A DNA stretch of 64,000 nucleotides from Cenarchaeum symbiont of Oopsacas minuta (lineage in GTDB: Archaea; Thermoproteota; Nitrososphaeria; Nitrososphaerales; Nitrosopumilaceae). Where the stretch lies: assembly GCA_029948415.1 (NCBI GenBank), contig JAJIZT010000002.1, positions 146,335-210,334 of the forward strand, written 5' to 3'. Within the stretch, counting starts at the first letter, position 1, and the number at the start of each line of letters is the position of its first letter. Below, one piece after another: positions 56,135 through 64,000 of this stretch. A program made the translations under genes and the position numbers. Below the pieces are notes generated by a model. The model had not been told where the DNA came from. It saw nothing but the letters and a program-made list of their open reading frames with translations, and did no database searches.

Positions 56135-56820
56135 TTTTTCCGAGATGGTATGAGAATTTCCACCATGGATCCATCATATAGTTTGCATGCGCGTCGAAGA
56201 TTCATCTTTGATATTACTTCAACTAGTCCATCATCATGATGTGTTCGCTCTAATCTTATCAGATGGCATTTTTTTCCGCCCAAAATACATTCATAACATT
56301 TTACCCAACCATACGTGCGCTTTCCATCCGAAAAGCCATCTATCAAGGCATCGGATTCTTCAGATGTTACCATGTCTAGTGTAGCCATACTTGATCTATC
56401 ATCTAATTTCACATTCAAGGTTCCAGGATATGGAACATAACCGATCTTTTTCCTAAACTGTTCAACATATCCTTCAAGTGACATATAGTATGCACCTTCA
56501 CCAATTCCCGATGACATTTTTCCCCAGAGTATCCTCCCACTGTTATTTTTAGGTGCTAGTGATTTTGAGATTGTTGCAGAGATCTGTCTTACTTTGGTGG
56601 CACCTTTTTTGGTCACCATTACGTATGTTTTGCCGCCACGTATTGTGCGCTCTACATATCCAACATCTTCCAATTTGGCCAAATGAGTCGATGCAGCCTG
56701 TTGTGAGCGGCCTATAGCCTTTCCAAGAGATTCAGTTGTGACACGTACAAAATTAGAGCCAGCTCCCATTGAAAGAAGATGTGCTAGTGATAAAAGATGG
56801 TGTGTATTTAATTCGGCCAA
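56131..56820 (-). CDS. ribK: winged-helix regulator fused to CTP-dependent riboflavin kinase (RbkR-like)
   Basis: N-terminal HTH (LGKAIGRSQQAASTHLAKLEDVGYVER) plus a kinase domain (YVPYPGTLNVKL). Confidence 0.65.
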   Translation of the reverse strand: MAELNTHHLLSLAHLLSMGAGSNFVRVTTESLGKAIGRSQQAASTHLAKLEDVGYVERTIRGGKTYVMVTKKGATKVRQISATISKSLAPKNNSGRILWGKMSSGIGEGAYYMSLEGYVEQFRKKIGYVPYPGTLNVKLDDRSSMATLDMVTSEESDALIDGFSDGKRTYGWVKCYECILGGKKCHLIRLERTHHDDGLVEVISKMNLRRACKLYDGSMVEILIPSRKN

Positions 56821-56821
56821 T

Positions 56822-57964
56822 TTAGGATTCGATGCCTAGATCTGAGAATGTTTTGATTACCATATCAGATGTACTAGTGACATTTGCTATACGATGACCC
56901 ACAATGAACTCGATTCCAGCATCTTTTGTTGTATCATATAGCCTCTGTGTTATTATTCCATCTAGTATGAGATATTTTATGCCAGTCTGACCTGTTATCT
57001 TTTTGACAAGGTCGCTTATTGGTGTGCGAAATACTTCAGAACCATCAGAATCAAGTGTGATAGCCTCTAGTGAGCCACTTATTGATTCATACATCTTTGA
57101 TACGATAGATACTAGTTGGTCATTTTCAACGCTTACCGTAGGTTTTACATTACCTTCGACTATGGTCTTTGCAATAGGATCCAATATCTCAGATATACGC
57201 TCTGGTGTGAGCTCTTCAACCTCTATTCCTGGATCTGCTTGTAGTTCCACATCAATGTGCACCATTGATTTCAACTCTTTTAGTATAAAACCACCTGATC
57301 TGTCCCCATCAAGGAATGCCACAACTTTGTCTTTCTTTTCACAAAGGCTAATTATCGAATCATCTATCTTTGCACCTTGTATTGCTATTGCATTATCATA
57401 TCCAGAACGTAATAGGTTTATGATATCTGCCCTTCCTTCTACAAGTATTATCCATCTAGAAGATTCTATACCAGAACCGCACGGTAATTTGGAAGATCCA
57501 TATGATCGTACTCTTCCTGCACCACCCTCGTGCACATCCTTTAGCATTGTATCTCCTTCGCTGATTGCCTTTGTCTTCCATCTGCGTTTGATCTCCTTTG
57601 CTCTTTTTACAATGTCATCTCTCTTGGCAGCACGTACATCATCAATTGATACGAGGCTAAATTTACAGTCAAATGGTCCAACTTTGTCTATTCCTTCTAC
57701 GGCTGCAGAGATGAGCGAGCATGTGTCAATATCTGTGCTCATTGGTATAATGGCATGCCCTGTGGTTGTATTTGTGGTTGATTTTGAACGAACTTCAATG
57801 CGTCCTACTTTGGAGATGCGTTGTAACTCGTTTAGATTCATCTCTGGGCTCAACAGTCCCTCTGTCTGTCCAAATATGGCACCTATTATATCAGCACGCT
57901 CGACTAGACCATCTATTTCATATGATAGTTTTACGTTATACTTTACAATACCAGATTGAGGCAT
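56822..57964 (-). CDS. dnaG: archaeal DnaG-type primase (TOPRIM)
   Basis: IIGAIFGQTEGLL N-terminus. TOPRIM motifs ILVEGRADI and LDGDRSG. Confidence 0.85.
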   Translation of the reverse strand: MPQSGIVKYNVKLSYEIDGLVERADIIGAIFGQTEGLLSPEMNLNELQRISKVGRIEVRSKSTTNTTTGHAIIPMSTDIDTCSLISAAVEGIDKVGPFDCKFSLVSIDDVRAAKRDDIVKRAKEIKRRWKTKAISEGDTMLKDVHEGGAGRVRSYGSSKLPCGSGIESSRWIILVEGRADIINLLRSGYDNAIAIQGAKIDDSIISLCEKKDKVVAFLDGDRSGGFILKELKSMVHIDVELQADPGIEVEELTPERISEILDPIAKTIVEGNVKPTVSVENDQLVSIVSKMYESISGSLEAITLDSDGSEVFRTPISDLVKKITGQTGIKYLILDGIITQRLYDTTKDAGIEFIVGHRIANVTSTSDMVIKTFSDLGIES

Positions 57965-58151
57965 TTTCCAATATTTGCCATATTTAACAGTCTTATATGC
58001 GTGCCTAATTACCGCCGTGTGATAAATTTTCTTGTATGCTCGATCTCAAGATACAAGGTATGAGTCCACAAGTGAGATATCATAAAGTAATTGTTGACAA
58101 TATCAAGATGATCTTGAGTCGTGTTGCGTTAGGTATAAAATCCCCACATCA

Positions 58152-58619
58152 ATGGCAGGTTGTATGATCGATGAAAAGCTCATAGAGTTGGGCATAATAC
58201 TACCTGACCCGCCTACTCCTGCAGGTGCATATATGCCAGTTATAGTGGCAGATGGAATGGCGTTTGTATCAGGTCAGATACCCATGCTAGATGGCAGGGT
58301 AAAATATACAGGCAAAGTAGGAGAGTCAAATATTTCAACAGCAAAAGAGTCAGCCAAATTATGTGCAGTAAACATACTAGCCCAGCTACAAAAAGAACTA
58401 GGCTCTCTTGAAAAGATCAAGAGAATTGTTCGCATTAATGGATTTGTGAATTCAGAGCCAGGGTTCAAATCACATCCAAATGTAATTGATGCAGTATCTG
58501 ATTTTTTTTACGAGATACTAGGTGAGCGTGGGCGTCATTCACGTTTAGCTGTTGGGGTCATGTCTTTGCCACTTGATGCGATGACTGAGGTAGATGCCAT
58601 CGTTCAAATACACACCTAG
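58152..58619 (+). CDS. RidA/YjgF-family protein
   Basis: LPDPPTPAGAYMPVIVADGMAFVSGQIP...AVGVMSLPLDAMTEVDAIV. Confidence 0.7.
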   Translation: MAGCMIDEKLIELGIILPDPPTPAGAYMPVIVADGMAFVSGQIPMLDGRVKYTGKVGESNISTAKESAKLCAVNILAQLQKELGSLEKIKRIVRINGFVNSEPGFKSHPNVIDAVSDFFYEILGERGRHSRLAVGVMSLPLDAMTEVDAIVQIHT

Positions 58620-59650
58620 GTCTTGCTCTTTGCAAGATTTTTGTTCATCTCTTTGATAAAAGCACCTATTTTTTCTTTTGGCACTGTAGCACCACATGCC
58701 TTGTCATGACCACCGCCAGAACCATCGAATTTATCCACCGTGTGATTTACGAGACGGCCAAGATGTATTTTACATTTGGATGATCCTCTTATCGAGATGG
58801 CATATATTCCATGGTCTATGCGTTCTTTGTATGCAATGCCAACATCTTTTCCTGAAAGTCCTAGTACAAAGTTTACAGCTCCACTAGCTCCCATATCATC
58901 TACCTCCATGTATGCAAGGTTTGTCAATACTTTCATCTTTTTACGTACCAAGGCAATCACAGTCCCCAACTTTGCCACTTGTGTTTGAGCAAAATCAAAA
59001 AATCCTTTTATCTCGTGTGGGTATTTAGATGAGGCTAAACTCTTAACAAGATCTAGTAAAAAGTCCATCTCTTTTTGATGTCCTACAATGTTGTATGTGA
59101 GTGCAGTTGCGTTTGCTAGAACAAACTGTCGATCATACATTGCAAGTAACTTTGAGCTCTCTGTTCGATCATCCATATAATCAGTTACTGCAGCACACGC
59201 TGCAATAAACGGCGCATGTGCGTTGAGTTTTTTAGAAAATGCAGTATATACTAAAACTGTAGCACATTCGGCAGTATCATGTATGACGTTTACCTTTGCA
59301 GCCTTTAGACGACGCTTGATCTTTGGGTCTAGATCATGATGATCTATATACGTTATGCTTACTCGCTTCTTTCTCAAAGTTTCTAGTATATGTGCAAACT
59401 TTTCTTGTGTATGTTTGTTTAAACCCAAATCGCATATGTACAGCGCTTTTAGTTTTTCATTTGCGGCAATCTCCTCCAATGCTTGCATCTGTCCAGGGTA
59501 ATCTACTAGTATAGTCTTGCCACCAAATGCTTGTCTAATCAAGGATGCTGCACTTAATCCATCTGCATCTTCTTTGTGTGAGAGACATACTGTGAGTGTC
59601 TTTGTTGGTTTTTTCTTTACAATACTCTTTCTAGTGGTCGCCACATTCAA
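58616..59650 (-). CDS. DHH/DHHA1-family phosphoesterase
   Basis: DADGLSAA, IDHHD and GGGHDKACGA motifs. Confidence 0.7.
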   Translation of the reverse strand: MNVATTRKSIVKKKPTKTLTVCLSHKEDADGLSAASLIRQAFGGKTILVDYPGQMQALEEIAANEKLKALYICDLGLNKHTQEKFAHILETLRKKRVSITYIDHHDLDPKIKRRLKAAKVNVIHDTAECATVLVYTAFSKKLNAHAPFIAACAAVTDYMDDRTESSKLLAMYDRQFVLANATALTYNIVGHQKEMDFLLDLVKSLASSKYPHEIKGFFDFAQTQVAKLGTVIALVRKKMKVLTNLAYMEVDDMGASGAVNFVLGLSGKDVGIAYKERIDHGIYAISIRGSSKCKIHLGRLVNHTVDKFDGSGGGHDKACGATVPKEKIGAFIKEMNKNLAKSKT

Positions 59651-59680
59651 GATCCTGCATTAGCCTCATTTAAACTAAAT

Positions 59681-59866
59681 TTACCTGTTTTTTCTAGTCG
59701 ATAGTTTTTCAAAAGTCTGGTCGCTCATCGCATATGACTCATAAAATGTACTTCCATTCTTTTGTGTTTCAATGTCGATGCGTTGTAATCGTTTGAGCTC
59801 TTTACCAGTTGCGGCAAGTATCATATCATCTATGCTCTTTTGGTAATGGCGTTCAGTTCCTGACAT
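59681..59866 (-). CDS. hypothetical small protein
   Basis: ORF track. Shares the patch D(I/M)..Q..G..FYE with ORF 61242..61538. Confidence 0.3.
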   Translation of the reverse strand: MSGTERHYQKSIDDMILAATGKELKRLQRIDIETQKNGSTFYESYAMSDQTFEKLSTRKNR

Positions 59867-60072
59867 GTAGTTTTTTTGTTAAAATTGGTTATACATGGCA
59901 GCGTTGTGATATTAGACAAATTACTAAGTTTACGTGCTGTATATATTCAGATTTGTCATCTACAAAAAGGATAAACTCGTGTATACGAGTCGTGAGATTT
60001 TGTGTTTTTACTAATTCTAGGCACATGTTCTCTTGTCAAAAATGTAAATATGGCATTCATTAAAGTTAATTC

Positions 60073-61245
60073 ATGTCACTAGGAACAAAGAATACAGGTC
60101 TGCGAGGCATACCAGTGGCAGACACAAAGATATCCAATATCGATGGTAAACTTGGAAGGCTCATTTACCGCGGTTATGATATCGATGATTTGGCAAAAAA
60201 ATCTACATTTGAAGAGACAACGTATCTATTGTTGCATGATAGACTACCCACAATTACTCTTTACGATGAGTTTGTCTCAAAGCTGACAAATTCAAGGCAG
60301 ATTCCAAAACAGATGCAGACAAACATGGGAAACTGGCGTAAAGATGCAGACCCCATGGATATGCTACAAGCGTTTGTTGCAGCCTTGGCTGGATATTACG
60401 ATGAAGAATTTTCAAATAAAGAGGCAAGCTATGATCGAGCGATAAACATTATTGCCAAAGTTCCCACCATAGTTGCTAGCTGGCAGCGCATACGTAACAA
60501 CAAAGAGATAATCGATCCAGATCCTAAACTTGGACATGCTGCCAATTTCTTGTACATGTTGACAGGTGAAAAGCCAGACAAAGAATCTGCAGATATATTC
60601 GATGTGTGCCTCATACTTCACGCCGATCACACTTTTAACGCATCGACTTTTGCTGCACGGCAAGTGGCATCTACAAGAGCACACATGTATTCAGCATGTA
60701 GTGCTGCAATAGGAGCGTTGAGTGGCGAGCTTCATGGAGGTGCAAACTATGAAGTAATGCGCATGCTATTGGAGATTGGATCAGAAGAGAATGTAAAGAG
60801 CTGGATTACAAATAGGCTAGCAGTAGGAGAACGTGTCATGGGAATGGGTCATGCAGTGTATAAAACGCATGATCCTAGGGCTCGTATTCTAAAAAAACTC
60901 TCATCAAAGCTTGCAGAAAAAACTAGACAACCATGGTTTAAGATAAGCAAGATGATCGAAGATGTAACAACTATCGAGATGAAGAGACTCAAAGGTAATG
61001 ACATTTATCCAAATGTTGATCTCTATAGTGCGTCAGTATATTATATGCTCAATATACCGATGGATCTAAACACACCGATATTTGCCATCTCGCGCTCAAC
61101 AGGATGGACTGCACACATAATAGAAGAGAAATTTGCCGAAGCTGCTCCAAAACCTGCATTGTATAGACCAAAGGCCGTCTATGTAGGAAAATATTGTGGA
61201 CCTGAAGGGTGCGAGTATAAATCACTAGATCTTCGTGTAGACTAG
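60073..61245 (+). CDS. gltA: citrate synthase
   Basis: GLRGIPVADT, YRGYDI, LILHADH and MGMGHAVYK. Confidence 0.9.
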   Translation: MSLGTKNTGLRGIPVADTKISNIDGKLGRLIYRGYDIDDLAKKSTFEETTYLLLHDRLPTITLYDEFVSKLTNSRQIPKQMQTNMGNWRKDADPMDMLQAFVAALAGYYDEEFSNKEASYDRAINIIAKVPTIVASWQRIRNNKEIIDPDPKLGHAANFLYMLTGEKPDKESADIFDVCLILHADHTFNASTFAARQVASTRAHMYSACSAAIGALSGELHGGANYEVMRMLLEIGSEENVKSWITNRLAVGERVMGMGHAVYKTHDPRARILKKLSSKLAEKTRQPWFKISKMIEDVTTIEMKRLKGNDIYPNVDLYSASVYYMLNIPMDLNTPIFAISRSTGWTAHIIEEKFAEAAPKPALYRPKAVYVGKYCGPEGCEYKSLDLRVD

Positions 61246-61538
61246 TTGCGTGTTTTATTCCACTTGCTTACTCTCGAGTTGACATCATGTTGGTATAATA
61301 CATTGAATATCATCTCGTAAAAAGAGATTCCCTTGTTCTGCGCCTGCATGTCCAGCCATTTTATGCCGTCGGCTAGTTCAGGGTCACTAGATGACATCTC
61401 GACTAACGAGTCTACCATCCTAGTAAAGAATACACTCTCTGTCATACATGATGATAGTACAAACTGATCAAAAAGGGCATATTCAAAATATATAGACAAA
61501 TTGGGTAAGATTATCTTGGTATTCATGCCCCATATCAT
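61242..61538 (-). CDS. hypothetical small protein
   Basis: ORF track only. Confidence 0.3.
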   Translation of the reverse strand: MIWGMNTKIILPNLSIYFEYALFDQFVLSSCMTESVFFTRMVDSLVEMSSSDPELADGIKWLDMQAQNKGISFYEMIFNVLYQHDVNSRVSKWNKTRN

Positions 61539-61923
61539 CTATGCTGCAGGCGACGGGCAACATATTGTGTGGGCACATAAAGATATGACTGGAGTACAGA
61601 CAGCACTTGAGAGTAGGCAACATGCTTTAACATATCATGGATGCCATGATGAAGAGTCAACGTACGTTGCAGTTCATGTAGGGCTGTTTTGGTGTATTGG
61701 CACGTTTCGAATAAAAAACGGCGAGTATGCCCGTATCGTTACAACGCCAAAGAGGGCTCCATCATTGTGTACGCAGAGTAAATCATCTAGTAGAATAATT
61801 GCCGAAAAGACTCACTTTATCAGCGAGTTGATAAAAAAGCGCAGTATAAAAATATCATACGTGTGTGATACAGATGAGGTCAATCCTGCAGAGGTTGAGC
61901 TTGCCAAGTTTTCCGCACAATAA
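61501..61923 (+). CDS. hypothetical protein (uncertain)
   Basis: ORF track. Both ends overlap neighbouring genes. No motif recognised. Confidence 0.2.
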   Translation: MGKIILVFMPHIIYAAGDGQHIVWAHKDMTGVQTALESRQHALTYHGCHDEESTYVAVHVGLFWCIGTFRIKNGEYARIVTTPKRAPSLCTQSKSSSRIIAEKTHFISELIKKRSIKISYVCDTDEVNPAEVELAKFSAQ

Positions 61924-63217
61924 CAAATCCAACATCAGCAAGGTTTGTCCCTGTCTGTCCGGTCAATACATGACCTCCATGTTTTGTAAAAAAAGCTGCA
62001 GAGTTGTTTTCTTTTAAAAGATGCATCATCTCTTTTGTGTTACACGAGCGTGCAGTATCTGCTATAGCTCCAGCATACTTTGTGTTTCCATCTATGCCAT
62101 CAGTTCCAACCGATGCAATCATACATCGTACTCTAGCTTTTTTATACAATGCATATAGTCGCAGTACAAGTTCTTGGTTTCTCCCGCCTCTGCCTCTTCC
62201 AACAACATTTACAGTAGGCTCGCCATGAAAAACAATGCATGAATCTTTTTTAGAGTTTGTACGACGTACTATATTTTCAGATTCTGTGCACACGTTACCA
62301 AATATCTTTACTGTTTGTGTATGCAATCCTTGCAATCTAGCGTTACGTGCAATCACTCTGGCACAATCTGCACTAGTTGCAATAATGTGGTTTTTAACAC
62401 GTGTATTTGTAGGTCCTTGCAATACAAGACCCTCAGAGCCAGAGATGAGATGCTTTATTACAGATTTTGGTATCTGTGTTTGAATACGCAGACGCCATAT
62501 GTGATCTAGTGCATCATCATAGCTTGTATCATCTAGTACTGTACAACCTGACGATATATCTTGCATGTGATTACCTTGTACATCTGACATTATCAGAGCA
62601 TCTCCGTTGCACCGCATAGATGATACAAGTCTGCCTCCAGCCACTTGAGAGATGTGTCTTCTCACGCAGTTTATTGTAGATATTTTTGCACCAGATGCAA
62701 GCAGTATGCGTGTTGTATCTGATGCATCATTTTGGCTTAGTGGGGGAGCAGGCATTGAGAGTAGTGAAGAGCCACCACCAGATACTAGGAATAACACTCG
62801 TTCTGTAGAGCTCAATTGCTGAAGATATCTCAAAATGGCACGTGCTGCAAACGCACTAGAACGATCTGGTATCGGGTGTGCTGCATAACGTATCTCTAGT
62901 CTAGGCAAGGATTGTAAAACTCTGCCTCGTGGCATTACAACTATGCCTCCTGCCACTATGACATGTTTGGAGGCTATCTGTGCCATAGAGTATGCTGCCT
63001 TGCCGTATGCGATGATGTGTACGCGTTTGCCAGATACATCACCAAGGTAGAGTGGAACAAAGTTTTCAGGTTTTGCAGCATTCAAGCCTAATTCAAGTAG
63101 ATCAAGTGTATATCTAGAGCGAGGTAAAGAGGATTCAAGAGAGATACGATTTTTTATCACAGCAGTATTGGATTGGGTTTTGTATAAAATAGTGTTTGTA
63201 TACACTGACTTTTTCAC
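61880..63217 (-). CDS. gck: glycerate 2-kinase (DUF4147 + MOFRL)
   Basis: HIIAYGKAAYSMA, LVSGGGSSLL and GTDGIDG. Confidence 0.8.
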   Translation of the reverse strand: MKKSVYTNTILYKTQSNTAVIKNRISLESSLPRSRYTLDLLELGLNAAKPENFVPLYLGDVSGKRVHIIAYGKAAYSMAQIASKHVIVAGGIVVMPRGRVLQSLPRLEIRYAAHPIPDRSSAFAARAILRYLQQLSSTERVLFLVSGGGSSLLSMPAPPLSQNDASDTTRILLASGAKISTINCVRRHISQVAGGRLVSSMRCNGDALIMSDVQGNHMQDISSGCTVLDDTSYDDALDHIWRLRIQTQIPKSVIKHLISGSEGLVLQGPTNTRVKNHIIATSADCARVIARNARLQGLHTQTVKIFGNVCTESENIVRRTNSKKDSCIVFHGEPTVNVVGRGRGGRNQELVLRLYALYKKARVRCMIASVGTDGIDGNTKYAGAIADTARSCNTKEMMHLLKENNSAAFFTKHGGHVLTGQTGTNLADVGFVIVRKTWQAQPLQD

Positions 63218-63597
63218 AACCTTTCTAGAATACTTGGATCATCAAAAAACAAAAATAACAAACCTTTTACATTTCCACAATCTTGGATATAGACAATGGA
63301 TGGCCCACTAACAAAATCAATACAAGAATATCAATGTGGAAGAATATCTGCCATTAATGTAAAAGATAATGGCACATTCATCTAGTCGGCGATAAAAATA
63401 ACAAGATGTAATACAGAGGTTGGAGGCAGAGGAGAATCATACGAGGTGTTAAAAAATGGTTTCTCAGATATTCGAGGATTTGTCATGATTATTGCAGATC
63501 GCATATGAGCACTGATAATAAAACGCTAGCTACACGATTGGCATTTTCAGATGGGGATGTTAAGTTGAAGATGTCTATAAAATACCAACATGAAAAA

Positions 63598-63891
63598 TTA
63601 ATCTGCTAGTTGAGATTCAACATTTTGTATAAGTTCTTTAATATTTAGTTTATCGACTAATTTATCACCATTTTTGGTTAAAACGTAAACTACATTATTC
63701 TTTCCAAATTCATTAATTGTTACTTGAGGAATTATATAATCTGCAAGTTTTAATTTATTGAGACGATTTACTAATGAAGTATCAGATACATTCAATTTTG
63801 TTTTAAGATTACTATATCTGAGACCTGATGATTGGTGAAGTGTATTTAATATTTCTAGAATTATATGATCGAAATAATCCGATTTATCCAA
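63598..63891 (-). CDS. winged-helix DNA-binding protein
   Basis: ILEILNTLHQSSGLRYSNLKTKLNVSDTSLVNRLNKL. Confidence 0.45.
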   Translation of the reverse strand: MDKSDYFDHIILEILNTLHQSSGLRYSNLKTKLNVSDTSLVNRLNKLKLADYIIPQVTINEFGKNNVVYVLTKNGDKLVDKLNIKELIQNVESQLAD

Positions 63892-63928
63892 TAATCTTTA
63901 AAAAGAGATCGTGTTAATGACTTTGTTT

Positions 63929-64000
63929 CATAACCATGCCTAGAATACTTGAAGACTACCGAAAGACAAAAAGATCAGTAATAACTCATCACAGTTATTG
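63929..64000. repeat. interspersed repeat Y, copy 2 (runs off the window)
   Basis: Matches 40117-40190. Here CATAACCATGCCTAG is uninterrupted, like an empty site for the 79-nt MITE. Confidence 0.5.

Noticed and set aside
57003-57959. 318-aa ORF on the plus strand inside the dnaG locus. Similar long antisense ORFs occur at 47611..48483, 48852..49493, 38038..38715, 36259..36735, 40814..41338 and 13106..13531.
   Set aside because: Each lies antisense to a gene with clear conserved motifs (DnaG, LysZ, LysJ, SMC, MsrA, SucD). Each also has a Ser/Ile/Phe-rich, low-complexity composition typical of shadow ORFs.
63218-63597. Short broken reading frames (MDGPLTKSIQEYQCGRISAINVKDNGTFI*, then ...GGRGESYEVLKNGFSDIRGFVMIIADRI*) considered as a frameshifted gene.
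   Set aside because: The pieces are too short and no family was recognised, so a pseudogene cannot be told apart from chance ORFs.

Overview
AT-rich archaeal chromosomal segment. Gene content suggests an ammonia-oxidising thaumarchaeon (Nitrosopumilales-like), but that is inference only, because no database search was possible. All family names come from motifs read in the translations.

The core genome is ordinary and densely packed:
- purine and folate genes (purN, folD, MTHFS, purD)
- ileS, sucCD, ribosomal proteins S25e and L40e, MetAP, TBP, SMC, msrA
- a large LysW-carrier lysine/arginine biosynthesis cluster (argG-lysW-lysX on the minus strand; lysY-lysZ-lysJ-lrp-homocitrate synthase-lysW-lysX-lysK on the plus strand) split by an ABC transporter
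- diphthine synthase, ribL/ribK, archaeal dnaG, RidA, a DHH phosphoesterase, citrate synthase and glycerate kinase

The interesting part is an accessory island of about 15.5 kb (14.2-29.7 kb) integrated at a tRNA-Val(CAC) gene. It looks like two tandem integrative elements, each starting with the same att sequence and a tyrosine-integrase gene. Element 1 carries a type II m5C restriction-modification module. Element 2 carries a decayed integrase and three orphan ORFs.

The island is heavily reworked by insertion sequences:
- four copies of a tnpC-only IS66-family element, whose transposase is split into the same three +1-shifted frames in every copy
- an IS630-family element nested in one of those copies
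- an IS110-family pseudogene sitting in the terminal repeat of an IS5-family remnant
- duplicated IS ends

One IS66 insertion split the integrase gene, and the two halves now sit on opposite strands, which implies an IS-bounded inversion.

Outside the island there is an intact IS5-family element with IS debris (1.3-3.2 kb), short MITE-like repeats at 40.0, 54.8, 55.4 and 63.9 kb, and a second LysW paralog with no canonical start codon and a C-terminal Gln instead of the conserved Glu. No rRNA genes or CRISPR arrays were seen.
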